Of a stretch of DNA of 64,000 bases, positions 1-8,840 are shown in pieces; position 1 is the first letter of the stretch, and each line of letters opens with the position of its first letter. Made by a program: the position numbers and the translations under genes. The DNA is from a virus (Duplodnaviria > Caudoviricetes), in the IMG/VR virus record IMGVR_UViG_3300023218_000040, positions 64,001 to 128,000 of that record; one strand, written 5' to 3'. The notes beneath the pieces were generated by a model that saw nothing but the letters and a program-made list of their open reading frames with translations, was not told the DNA's origin and searched no databases.

Positions 1-47
1 TCGTCAACAGTGTAGCCCTCAAAAATCGAATCTAAAATCTCTGTCAT
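1..47 (-). CDS. Possible 5' end of the next head-module gene (runs off the window)
   Basis: ATG at 47 opens MTEILDSIFEGYTVD with no stop to the window edge; lies downstream of the portal; TTAAATA late-like motif at 118-124 (-). Confidence 0.3.
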   Translation of the reverse strand, partial: MTEILDSIFEGYTVD

Positions 48-179
48 GAGATTCTGATATCTGGACATTTCTCTTACCTCTCGTCAGATTGCCTTGTTTC
101 GGAAAAATCCGTGTAGATATTTAACAAGGAGTGATTCTTTTCTGACCAAAACCCCTCATTATAGATAAATTTCATTGAT

Positions 180-506
180 TTATAGTCCACCACCCAGACC
201 ACCGCCCAATCCTCCAAGACCACCTTCCTCAGATGGAGTCTTATAGACCTTCTGAATCATTTTCATTCTCTTGGAGTTTTCAACTCGTCGGGTCAACTGT
301 GATTTGCGGACCTTTTGAAGTAAGCTCAACGTAATCTTGAAACCACCACCGATTGCATCTGGATGATCTTCAACATCAGCACCTACAGGGAATAAGTTAT
401 CATTAGGAGTCTGTGAATGACCAAGGTCATCCACAGACTGTGGGGCAGGTTTTAGGTCACCAGCCGTAACTGGAGCCTCGGTTAGTGTTCTCTTTCCGAT
501 AATCAT
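180..506 (-). CDS. Possible nested in-frame 108-aa product (prohead core-like) from an internal start in the portal gene
   Basis: GGAG at 515-518 (-), 8-nt spacer, ATG at 506; the segment follows a long Gly-rich linker. Confidence 0.4.
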   Translation of the reverse strand: MIIGKRTLTEAPVTAGDLKPAPQSVDDLGHSQTPNDNLFPVGADVEDHPDAIGGGFKITLSLLQKVRKSQLTRRVENSKRMKMIQKVYKTPSEEGGLGGLGGGLGGGL

Positions 507-2258
507 CTCAGTTTCTCCAAATCCTCCAATACCAGCGCCACCAGGGGCACCACCAGTAGCACCAGTCATAACACCACCCGCCATATCAGCACCAAGGTCT
601 CCAAAGCCATCTGCTCCAACACCACCGCCTAGATCACCTACTCCGGGACCAAGACCCATCTGACCACCACCCAGGCCGCCACCCAGGCCGCCACCGAAGC
701 CACCACCAAATCCTCCACCAGCACCAAGCTCAGCGAAGTCAGTAGCATCCTTCGGATCGAATCGCTCCTCCATTACCATCTTTTCGTTCTCTACAATTTC
801 ATCCTCAGTCCAACCCATGTACTTCTTCAGTCCGAAGCGACGGGAGATGTAAGGCTCATCCTTGATGGACTGCCATACACTAATGTTATCCTGATCACGA
901 GCGTTCTGCTTGAACTCATCGTAGTTGGTTGGCTCGTTGAAATGCATATCGTAGTCAGCAGCATTTACATTAACATCACGAACCTTACAGTACAGTTTGA
1001 ATTCGAAATCGAACGTGTCGTCCATGTTCTTCTGGATACGCTCGCAGAATTTGGAGAACTCAATTTCCTCCTGATACGCCACACCAACACGACCATCGTT
1101 GAATACGGAACCACCCTCTTCTGGTCCTAGCAACCAAGAGTGCGGTACACGCAATGAACGCATCATCTTCTTGGTAAAATACTGAAGGTCTGGTAGCTCA
1201 TTCCATGGCTGCCCCTCAAGAGTCTCTACCTTGGAACCACGTTGATCGAAGGACACCGGAATGTAGATGTCTTCCAACTGAGAAATTGGGTTGTACACAG
1301 AGTCTACGCTTCTCTGGCCATCGCTTAGAATTTGGGGCACACGCTTCTGGTTTAGCTCGTTCTTGAAATTGTTGACGACCCAACTAGCACGGTCAGGACG
1401 CATCTTACCGGTGTCGATGTACCACACGGTACGTGACGGAGCACGCTGTGTGCGATGAATAATTGCAGCGTCCTCAAGAAGTTCACGTTGCTTGAATGTC
1501 TTCGAGGCATTCTCCAAGAAAGACTCCCCAAACGGCCAACGATTATTATAGCGATCTGATGGATCATCATCACCAGAAGCACCAGCAAACTTACCCTCGG
1601 AAACCGTTACCTGCATCATGTGAATTGAGGGTATAACCCTAGTATTACGCATACCAGAAGATAAGCTCAAGCTCTTGATAGAATCACTGAGACCACGGTT
1701 ATCCACGGTTAGTTCGATGTTCTCGATGTTGAACTTGAAGTTTCGAACGATCCAGGCAATTACCTGAGTGCTCTCTCGATCAACCAAGGCACCCAAAACG
1801 AAACGTGGGTGAACAGAGAATAACTCAAATGTATCAGGATTCCTGAAGAAAAACCAATCTCCATATTTGACTACGTTTCGGATGGTTCGCCATAGACGAT
1901 TATCCCACTCGTTAATACGAGTCCACTGTGTCATGTTCTCTATGACCAGACCAGACTCTTCCTCGGTTGGATCAAGAGCCCAATCAAAGTACCAGAAGTG
2001 TCCTTCGTCATTTATGGGAGAGCAATGCTCAGAAATCAAATCAAGGGCTCGGGATACATCAGAATCTTGATCCATCCAGTCATATAATTTATATCGTTCT
2101 AGCCTATCATATCTGCCCCTATATACTTGTTGGAGCATATTGAAATTATCAGAGCTACCACCGGACCACGAGTTGTCGCCTCCATAGGAGTGGAGTGTTA
2201 GTTTACGCTTACGGCGGTTACGACCGAGGTCAGGCTTTGCTATAGTGGTCCAGGCCAT
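180..2258 (-). CDS. gp20: Portal vertex protein (T4 gp20-like) with Gly-rich linker and extra C-terminal domain
   Basis: LEDAAIIHRTQRAPSRTVWYIDTG, QLEDIYIP..RGSKVETLEG and EEIEFSKFCERIQ resemble gp20 motifs; late promoter motif upstream. Confidence 0.9.
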   Translation of the reverse strand: MAWTTIAKPDLGRNRRKRKLTLHSYGGDNSWSGGSSDNFNMLQQVYRGRYDRLERYKLYDWMDQDSDVSRALDLISEHCSPINDEGHFWYFDWALDPTEEESGLVIENMTQWTRINEWDNRLWRTIRNVVKYGDWFFFRNPDTFELFSVHPRFVLGALVDRESTQVIAWIVRNFKFNIENIELTVDNRGLSDSIKSLSLSSGMRNTRVIPSIHMMQVTVSEGKFAGASGDDDPSDRYNNRWPFGESFLENASKTFKQRELLEDAAIIHRTQRAPSRTVWYIDTGKMRPDRASWVVNNFKNELNQKRVPQILSDGQRSVDSVYNPISQLEDIYIPVSFDQRGSKVETLEGQPWNELPDLQYFTKKMMRSLRVPHSWLLGPEEGGSVFNDGRVGVAYQEEIEFSKFCERIQKNMDDTFDFEFKLYCKVRDVNVNAADYDMHFNEPTNYDEFKQNARDQDNISVWQSIKDEPYISRRFGLKKYMGWTEDEIVENEKMVMEERFDPKDATDFAELGAGGGFGGGFGGGLGGGLGGGQMGLGPGVGDLGGGVGADGFGDLGADMAGGVMTGATGGAPGGAGIGGFGETEMIIGKRTLTEAPVTAGDLKPAPQSVDDLGHSQTPNDNLFPVGADVEDHPDAIGGGFKITLSLLQKVRKSQLTRRVENSKRMKMIQKVYKTPSEEGGLGGLGGGLGGGL

Positions 2259-2297
2259 TCTCTTGATATCCGGTGGGAATTAGTGATAACATATGTC

Positions 2298-2304
2298 TAT
2301 TTAC
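2298..2304 (-). promoter_or_regulatory. Late promoter motif GTAAATA for the portal gene
   Basis: Similar to the T4 late -10 TATAAATA; recurs upstream of 8 structural genes. Confidence 0.65.
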
Positions 2305-2324
2305 TTCAAGAAACCATAGGTCTA

Positions 2325-3785
2325 ATGGCTAGAAAATTCACCACGAAAGATTTCATCGAGCAAAGCCGTACGGTTCATGGTGAGGTATTCGATTACAGTA
2401 AGGTGACATACACCACGGCTCGTGATCCCGTGGTCATCATCTGTCCGGTTCATGGCGAGTTTGAGCAAATCGCTCACACGCACATGAGGGGTCGTGGATG
2501 TGCTAAGTGTTCTGCCAAAAAGATGGCTGTCAAAAGAAGCATGAAAATAGCCTCTGAATATATTGACAGGGTTAAGAAAGTTCATGGCGAACTCTACGAT
2601 CTATCTCTAGTTCGATATTCATCGGCAAAAGAACCAGTAGTGGTCATTTGTGGAAGGCATGGTAGATTTGAGATACGAGCGGATGTCTTTGAATCTGGGT
2701 CAATCTGTCCAAAGTGTTCGTATGAAAAGCGTGGACAAGATAAAGCAGATTCTTTTGAGGAATTTGTGGACAAAGGACAGCGATTGCATGCTGATCTATA
2801 TCGATATCCGCATCAAGTTTATAAGAATGCTTTTACTCACGTTGATATTGAATGTCGTACACACGGTGTATTTTCTCAAATTCCAAATAGCCACCTATCT
2901 GGTAATGGTTGTCCAAAATGTGTGCATCATGTATCATCCGGAGAGGAAGAGATAGCCAATTTTGTTAGAAATATGGCTCCAGACTTACAAACTAGCGTTA
3001 GAACAATAGTTCCGCCGAAAGAAATTGACATGTACAGTGAACAACACCAAATAGGAATCGAATATTGCGGATTGTATTGGCACACAGAAAATCGTGGTAA
3101 GAACAAAACATACCATATCGAAAAGCTGGATGGCTGTTTGAAGAAGGGAATAAATCTTATAACTATTTTCGAAGATGAATGGATTCACAACACCGATAAA
3201 GTTCAATCTCGTCTAACTCAATTGTTTGGGGCTACACCACAGCGCATTGCAGCACGAAAATGTGAGATAGAGATCGTATCTTCATCAGAATGTAGTTTAT
3301 TCATGAATGCTAATCATATTCAAGGAGCAGACATTTCTAGTGTTAGATTTGGTCTTAGGTATCATGGTGAATTAGTATCAATCATGACATTCGTTAAACC
3401 TAGATTTTCTAAAACCTACCAATGGGAGATGTCCAGGTTTTGCTCTAAAAACGGTATTTCGATAACAGGAGCAGCAGGAAAACTGTTTTCTAATTTCTTA
3501 CGAGAACATAACCCAAGCAGTGTAGTAACATACGCAGATTTGCGGTATGGGCGGGGGTACTTTTATAAACATCTGGGGTTTAAGCATTCCCATGATTCAA
3601 ATCCAAACTATTGGTATGTTGCCCCAGGCTCTACCATAAGAGAATCCCGTATGAAATACCAAAAGCACAAACTCATCAAGGAAGGATTTGATCCTGGCAA
3701 ATCCGAATGGCAAATCATGCAAGAGCGTGGTTATGACCGCATCTGGGATTGTGGTAATGCTGTTTGGGTATGGAACAAGAATTAA
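2325..3785 (+). CDS. Hef-like homing endonuclease: Zn-ribbon repeats, PD-(D/E)XK/Vsr-like nuclease, C-terminal GNAT/Mom-like domain
   Basis: Three HG..YDYS.V.Y...C..HG.F...C..C repeats; EIDMY...GIEYCGLYWH; C-terminal WEMSRFC...VVTYADLRYG...RIWDCG. ORF track starts at 2283; ATG 2325 preferred. Confidence 0.7.
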   Translation: MARKFTTKDFIEQSRTVHGEVFDYSKVTYTTARDPVVIICPVHGEFEQIAHTHMRGRGCAKCSAKKMAVKRSMKIASEYIDRVKKVHGELYDLSLVRYSSAKEPVVVICGRHGRFEIRADVFESGSICPKCSYEKRGQDKADSFEEFVDKGQRLHADLYRYPHQVYKNAFTHVDIECRTHGVFSQIPNSHLSGNGCPKCVHHVSSGEEEIANFVRNMAPDLQTSVRTIVPPKEIDMYSEQHQIGIEYCGLYWHTENRGKNKTYHIEKLDGCLKKGINLITIFEDEWIHNTDKVQSRLTQLFGATPQRIAARKCEIEIVSSSECSLFMNANHIQGADISSVRFGLRYHGELVSIMTFVKPRFSKTYQWEMSRFCSKNGISITGAAGKLFSNFLREHNPSSVVTYADLRYGRGYFYKHLGFKHSHDSNPNYWYVAPGSTIRESRMKYQKHKLIKEGFDPGKSEWQIMQERGYDRIWDCGNAVWVWNKN

Positions 3786-6193
3786 GGCGAAACGTCCACA
3801 GCGGTCTCAAACGCCTGAACTTCGCTATCGAGAGATGGAACCTTACGTTGGACCGGGGACGGACCAGTGACATCTCCCACACGAGACAGAGCACCAGCCT
3901 GTCCGATGATGTCACGAATCTGCGTGCTGATATCATTAGCGGTCGTTAGAATTGCTTCAATTGCCGTTAGCTTTTCTACTTGGGTACTCAAATGTGCCAT
4001 GGCAGGATCATTTGCTGGTGTCGGAGTTCTCCTAGCGGTAGCATCACCCGCTCGCTTTCTTTCCTCTGCTCGGGCTTTGATTTGGGCTACCTCGGCATCA
4101 ATCCTTCTTTGTGTTTCCGGGTCAGTAGTATCAGCACCAAACAGATTAGCCAATGCAGTTCCGATTGTACCTTCTCCTGGTACTACCATATCATTAATGG
4201 CTTTATCTGCTCCTGTTATTCTTGTCAATTCAAATCCAAGTAGACCAGCACCAGCTACACTACCAGCGGCACCCAGTGCTCCACGTCCAGCGATGCCAGC
4301 GGCTCCACGTGTTGCAGCAGATCCAGAACCACGGAAAATGCTACTCACAGCACCAGTGCCACGCCTAGCCAATCCACTGATACCACTAAGGATTCTAGAA
4401 ATTCCGCCGCCACCAACCAAAGCTATGGTGTTGGCTATGATCGCAGCGGTGTTGGCTGTCAGAGCCCTAACCAACCCAACTTCATCTCCAGGAAAGAACT
4501 GATTGAATAGGTCTTTAGCGGTCTCAAATAATGACTTCGCTGTATCATCATCTGGTGGGGGAGTTGGAGTATCATCTAATCTTGTGATTCTTGACAAACC
4601 CCCGATAAGTCTAGAAACATCGGTTTTGAAAAAATCTCGTATTTTTACAATTGGTCCCAATTCATCCGTTCTCTGTTTTGCAACTTCTTGCATAGTCTGA
4701 GTCAGATTTTCAAATCTACGGTTAAACTCTTGTGGACCAAGTTCGTCACGCTGATTTATTAGATTTGATAGCTCCCGAAGTTGAGGTTGCAAACCTAACT
4801 TTAAGATATCTTCAAATTCATTTGGAAAGTTGATAGCAAATGCACTCATGTCATTGCCAGATTGTGCTAACTGGTTAATCAAAAGCTTTAGCTCTGGGCT
4901 TCCTGCTGCTTCTGCCCTGGTCTGCAAGTTTTCAAATGCTCTTTTTTGTTCATTATTAAGAACGCTTATAGCTTCCAAGTTCGCAAGTTGTTTTCTATCT
5001 TCTTCTGTCATCTTGCGTAACTGTTCTAAAGACAATCCACTGTCTCTGGCAATTTTGGATAAGAACGTGTTCTGATCTATGAATCTCTTAGTAAGCTCTG
5101 ACGTTGAAATCTCCCCTTGAATACCGGCACGCTTCTGGACTTCCAGGAGTTCCAAAATAGCAACGTTGGCTTCTTCGTCGCTCATGAAACGACGGAAGTT
5201 GAACTCCTCATTGATCTGGTTACGTGTGTCACGCAGGAATTTCGCAGCATCTTCGATATTCTTACTACCTTCCAAAAGAAACTGAGTACCACGTCCCTCG
5301 GCAGCCTGACCCACAATGAATTGACCTGTACGTCGGATACTGTCACGTAAGCTTTCCATGTCATCGGTTGCAAACGCACCTACAACACGACCAAGTTGCT
5401 TGAAGGAGTCTATAATGATATCAGAGGTATCGGCAATTCCAGTTTGGGCGATGTCAAATGTGTCAGCCACACTTCTACTGATCCGCCCAAAGTTTCTCAT
5501 GATGTCTCTAACGTCGGTAAGTTCTGCACCGAACGATTGAACAGACAACCACACCGAGTTCATTATCTGTTCTCTTTGTGCGGAAAAACCAGATGAAATT
5601 AATTGTGATGCTTTTTCAAAAGCTGGAATGCTTTCATTATTTATGATACTATTGAAATCCCTCAGATTATCAGTTGTTTCCAATACTTCTGATATACTAC
5701 GTCCTTGGGCATCAATTTGGTTTTCACCTTGTGCTGAGCTAATTCGTTGTTGTTCAGCAGCGACGATCATGGCATCTGTTATTTGTTGCAGACCATTATT
5801 GAAGGTTTCTATTATGCCCTTAAGCTCCTCCTCTACGGTTTTCATTTCCTGGATGACATCATTAGTTCCACTACCACCAGTTCTACCGCCGCTACCAGAT
5901 CCACCGGTGCGCTCTATAGCCTTGGTAATAGCAGCCCTATTTTCTTGAAGAGTCTTCTTGAGAACAGCCTTGCTAGCACGAATTTCATCACGCAGTGTCT
6001 TTGCCATATCACCGGATGATGCCTCAATGCAATCACATATTTCACGTAGGAGGTCGGTTTGGAGTTCTTTAATCTCGCCGGTATTGACATCCATGCGAGT
6101 AACCTTGACGTTCGAGACATTAGCCTCGTCCATGTTTAAGGGGCGACGACTTTGCGTCGTGCCTTCGCTCACTGGTGGATTGTCATCAGCCAT
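3782..6193 (-). CDS. Tape-measure-like protein
   Basis: 803 aa, helical and Ala/Gln/Glu-rich with a Gly/Ala-rich C-terminal part; downstream of the frameshifting chaperone candidate; late promoter upstream. Confidence 0.6.
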   Translation of the reverse strand: MADDNPPVSEGTTQSRRPLNMDEANVSNVKVTRMDVNTGEIKELQTDLLREICDCIEASSGDMAKTLRDEIRASKAVLKKTLQENRAAITKAIERTGGSGSGGRTGGSGTNDVIQEMKTVEEELKGIIETFNNGLQQITDAMIVAAEQQRISSAQGENQIDAQGRSISEVLETTDNLRDFNSIINNESIPAFEKASQLISSGFSAQREQIMNSVWLSVQSFGAELTDVRDIMRNFGRISRSVADTFDIAQTGIADTSDIIIDSFKQLGRVVGAFATDDMESLRDSIRRTGQFIVGQAAEGRGTQFLLEGSKNIEDAAKFLRDTRNQINEEFNFRRFMSDEEANVAILELLEVQKRAGIQGEISTSELTKRFIDQNTFLSKIARDSGLSLEQLRKMTEEDRKQLANLEAISVLNNEQKRAFENLQTRAEAAGSPELKLLINQLAQSGNDMSAFAINFPNEFEDILKLGLQPQLRELSNLINQRDELGPQEFNRRFENLTQTMQEVAKQRTDELGPIVKIRDFFKTDVSRLIGGLSRITRLDDTPTPPPDDDTAKSLFETAKDLFNQFFPGDEVGLVRALTANTAAIIANTIALVGGGGISRILSGISGLARRGTGAVSSIFRGSGSAATRGAAGIAGRGALGAAGSVAGAGLLGFELTRITGADKAINDMVVPGEGTIGTALANLFGADTTDPETQRRIDAEVAQIKARAEERKRAGDATARRTPTPANDPAMAHLSTQVEKLTAIEAILTTANDISTQIRDIIGQAGALSRVGDVTGPSPVQRKVPSLDSEVQAFETAVDVSP

Positions 6194-6218
6194 CTACGAT
6201 ACTCCAAGAGAATTGGAG

Positions 6219-6225
6219 TATTTAC
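6219..6225 (-). promoter_or_regulatory. Late promoter motif GTAAATA for the tape-measure-like gene
   Basis: 25 nt upstream of ATG 6193. Confidence 0.65.
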
Positions 6226-6249
6226 AACTACCAAGTGGCTACATCTGTA

Positions 6250-6639
6250 TTAAAGACGGGGCAAATTGGCTATATCTCGGTCGTGATTTAGGTCCAAAGC
6301 CTCCTTAACAGCGAACCACATGCGATCACACTCGCTATTGGACAACCGTTTTATTGCATTCTCTATATTCATACCATAGTCCGATCTCAGATCATAATGT
6401 CTGCACATGTCAATAAATTTTTGTAGAGCCTCTTGGTCCTTTACCTCTTCTTTTACAAGCTCACAACGCTCGACAAGTTTACGTATAGTTATTCTATTAT
6501 AGACACCATGTATCGTAAACAGAAGATGAGCACGTGAAGATTTGATGCCCAGCATTGGTAACGCAACACCCAATACGATGAGAACCACCGCAACAGCGCC
6601 GGAACCAAAAATCAAATAGATTATAGTTGACTCATTCAT
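6250..6639 (-). CDS. Hypothetical N-terminally membrane-anchored protein (moron)
   Basis: 129 aa with hydrophobic residues ~6-29; own sigma70 promoter. Confidence 0.7.
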   Translation of the reverse strand: MNESTIIYLIFGSGAVAVVLIVLGVALPMLGIKSSRAHLLFTIHGVYNRITIRKLVERCELVKEEVKDQEALQKFIDMCRHYDLRSDYGMNIENAIKRLSNSECDRMWFAVKEALDLNHDRDIANLPRL

Positions 6640-6645
6640 GCTGAT

Positions 6646-6674
6646 ATTTTATCAATAAAAATCGGCATTGTCAA
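6646..6674 (-). promoter_or_regulatory. Sigma70-type promoter TTGACA-N17-TAAAAT, probably leaderless
   Basis: Near-consensus hexamers; ATG begins 7 nt after the -10. Confidence 0.75.
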
Positions 6675-6943
6675 CCCCCAATTAGATCACGCCCCGAGCC
6701 CTTCTTAGCGTCTTTATGGGCTCTCTTTATTGCAGCTTCCTGCTCTTTGTTATACTCCTCCAATGCCTCGTATAACAACTCTACTTCCCTTGGGGATGCT
6801 TGCTTGATGTCGTCATATTGGACCGCTCCTTCATACGCTTTACAGATCTTGGCGAGGTTCTTGATGGTCTTCTCCCGGTTTTCTCTTTCATCTTCGATGT
6901 ATCTGATGAAATCATCTCCGGAGTTGAAGCTTCTGGAGAGTAA
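6671..6943 (-). CDS. -1 frame extension (90 aa) of the gp26-like chaperone; gpT/gp51-like segment
   Basis: Open frame LLSRSFNSGDDFIRYIEDE...SPREVELLYEALEEYNKEQ...LIGG* starts exactly at the T9 run; no ATG/GTG/TTG between the upstream stop and the slippery site. Confidence 0.75.
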   Translation of the reverse strand, partial: LLSRSFNSGDDFIRYIEDERENREKTIKNLAKICKAYEGAVQYDDIKQASPREVELLYEALEEYNKEQEAAIKRAHKDAKKGSGRDLIGG

Positions 6944-7872
6944 AAAAAAATCTTCTGTGGGTCTACCTCGAACGAAGCCGTGTTTTCATGACCGCAATTG
7001 ATACATGTGTACTTGATCTTGGTTAGGTCATTCAGCTTTTCGTTGTATGCCTTGGCTTTCCTCTGCATGTGGTCTACGATAGTGGGTGGTACCATCTCCA
7101 GCCACTCGGCTATGAAGGACTCATCGAATACCTTTTCACCCTTAGCATTGGCAACATAGAAGATACTACCTAGCGTCAGCACGAATCGAGTTTCTGAAGT
7201 GTTCTCGATCATTCGCTCATAGGCATCCATCATGCTCTCATCTTCGATGAGCTTGGTAATGCTTTCTTTCTCGATGCTCTCATATACACGATTCATTGAG
7301 ACCGAGTTCTTGAGTATGGTTAATGCGGACTTGTAGCACAGAGGCTTCATATGAACCTGTTGGCCACGAATTTCCGGAAGGATCAATAACAACGATTCCA
7401 TGTCTTCCAGTGGAGCATAACGCTGGATGTGATGGTTCAAGTCTATATCCAGCTTGTTCTTGTGATTGCATACGGCAACCTTCACCTTCTTCCCGTCATC
7501 ACCATCGACTTCCTCGGTATTTGGGTTCTCACACACGTGAGTCAATTCCATGTGACTACCATAGGATGCAAGACGACAAGCAATCATTATTGCCTGAATA
7601 TCAACTTCACACATCTCTTCGGGTTTGAGAATAGAAGGACAGATATTACGTAGAATCTTGGGCACCCCACGACCAGATGCCAGAACGAATGGATCTTTGG
7701 CAACCAGTTCCGCCATGATACCCAAAGGCTTTACTTCTAGATCGGCAGGATCAGCATCCTCTGCAATGATACCGGAACCCTTGGGATAGAAATACCCCAT
7801 GGTTGGCAATGCGATACTGACCGATGTGATATCACCAGAGTTGAGGTCTTCAAGAAGCGGATTGTTGCTCAT
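6781..7872 (-). CDS. gp26: T4 gp26-like baseplate hub / tail assembly chaperone (0-frame product)
   Basis: SIALPTMGYFYP, CPSI..P.EM.EVDI.AIMIACRLASYG, C-terminal CxxC (CINC) followed by IFF. Confidence 0.75.
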   Translation of the reverse strand: MSNNPLLEDLNSGDITSVSIALPTMGYFYPKGSGIIAEDADPADLEVKPLGIMAELVAKDPFVLASGRGVPKILRNICPSILKPEEMCEVDIQAIMIACRLASYGSHMELTHVCENPNTEEVDGDDGKKVKVAVCNHKNKLDIDLNHHIQRYAPLEDMESLLLILPEIRGQQVHMKPLCYKSALTILKNSVSMNRVYESIEKESITKLIEDESMMDAYERMIENTSETRFVLTLGSIFYVANAKGEKVFDESFIAEWLEMVPPTIVDHMQRKAKAYNEKLNDLTKIKYTCINCGHENTASFEVDPQKIFFYSPEASTPEMISSDTSKMKEKTGRRPSRTSPRSVKRMKERSNMTTSSKHPQGK

Positions 7873-7903
7873 TCCTTATCTCCGTTATTAGTCAAGGTGG
7901 GGA

Positions 7904-7910
7904 TATTTAG
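7904..7910 (-). promoter_or_regulatory. Late promoter motif CTAAATA for the gp26-like gene
   Basis: 31 nt upstream of ATG 7872. Confidence 0.55.
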
Positions 7911-8006
7911 TGCTCCTCGAACCTCGTTTCTCAAGATAAAGCTATGGCTATCCGTTAAGAGTTTCAAGCACGAACATTACGATTTTGTAATTTCTTTGAT
8001 TCACCC

Positions 8007-8035
8007 CTTGACTTTCTATTTCGGAGTACCCATAT
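8007..8035 (+). promoter_or_regulatory. RpoH/alpha-RpoD-type promoter CTTGAC-N16-CCCATAT facing the hairpin cluster
   Basis: Same geometry as the motifs upstream of thyX, dNMP kinase and rpoH. Confidence 0.45.
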
Positions 8036-8079
8036 GTAAAATACTTCTTGCTTATGATCGTACAACTTATATCTATTCA

Positions 8080-8127
8080 CTTCATGTATAACATTCTTCG
8101 CTAACGCTCAGAATGTTATACATGAAG
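8080..8127. repeat. Perfect 18-bp inverted repeat with 12-nt loop
   Basis: CTTCATGTATAACATTCT-tcgctaacgctc-AGAATGTTATACATGAAG. Confidence 0.9.
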
Positions 8128-8156
8128 GGAAAAAGACACAAGGTTATGCGGTAGCA

Positions 8157-8176
8157 CGTTTGTCTGGCGACAAACG
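8157..8176. repeat. 8-bp hairpin
   Basis: CGTTTGTC-tggc-GACAAACG. Confidence 0.8.
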
Positions 8177-8191
8177 GTAGCTCCCGTTATT

Positions 8192-8215
8192 CCGTTTCGG
8201 TCTAGACCGAAACGG
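8192..8215. repeat. Perfect 24-bp palindrome (possible terminator or origin element)
   Basis: CCGTTTCGGTCTAGACCGAAACGG, just past the stop of the 8226-8840 gene; followed by a G run. Confidence 0.85.
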
Positions 8216-8225
8216 GGGGGGAGGT

Positions 8226-8840
8226 TTAGATAGATAGGGGATCAGGGATACGGTATTGGCTTTCAGGGCGAGGCTTGTAATCTGAGACTGCTATGATAGC
8301 TTGCTCACGATCACAACCATATTCAGTCTGCTTGGAATCAACCTCGTCCCAGAATTCATCTTCTAGTTGTTTCTGTTTACCAACGAATTCATCAGTTGGT
8401 TGCTCACCAGGAAATACCTTGAATCGAGTTTTGGATTTAATGTCTGGATGGTTATCCCAGGTTTCTTTCCAAGCATTCTTGATGATCCATTCGATGTACT
8501 CAACCTTCTCTGCTACGCTATACTCAATACCATCGTTGTGAATATTGGGTGCAGTAATGTGTTTACCGTTGTTCTTGAGCTTTGGGAAAGACGGTAGGAT
8601 ATCAGTATAGCGTTCGTTGTAGTCACAGAGCTTCGCTGCTTGTTCTAACGTGAAGTCCTTACCACGGCATTTTCTCCAAAATGTCTGCTCAATGAACTTT
8701 TGAAACTCTTCACGAGTATCCAGCCAAGGCAAACAAAGCACGTCCATGTACCATTTGGCCATGGCATATTCTTCATCGGCTGTAAAGCATACGAACGAGA
8801 GCGTGCTCCCGTTCGATAGCTTCGTCTCCACTAGTTTCAT
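8226..8840 (-). CDS. Hypothetical protein
   Basis: 204-aa ORF translationally coupled (ATGA) to thyX. Confidence 0.75.
   Translation of the reverse strand: MKLVETKLSNGSTLSFVCFTADEEYAMAKWYMDVLCLPWLDTREEFQKFIEQTFWRKCRGKDFTLEQAAKLCDYNERYTDILPSFPKLKNNGKHITAPNIHNDGIEYSVAEKVEYIEWIIKNAWKETWDNHPDIKSKTRFKVFPGEQPTDEFVGKQKQLEDEFWDEVDSKQTEYGCDREQAIIAVSDYKPRPESQYRIPDPLSI

Noticed and set aside
520-730. CCACC/GCCACC repeats
   Set aside because: Explained by the poly-Gly codons of the portal linker.
3867-4502. 211-aa + strand ORF
   Set aside because: Antisense shadow of the Gly/Ala-rich part of the tape-measure-like gene; no motifs or start context.
7897-8091. 64-aa + strand ORF in the hairpin gap
   Set aside because: GTG start with no RBS; overlaps promoters and an inverted repeat; not protein-like.
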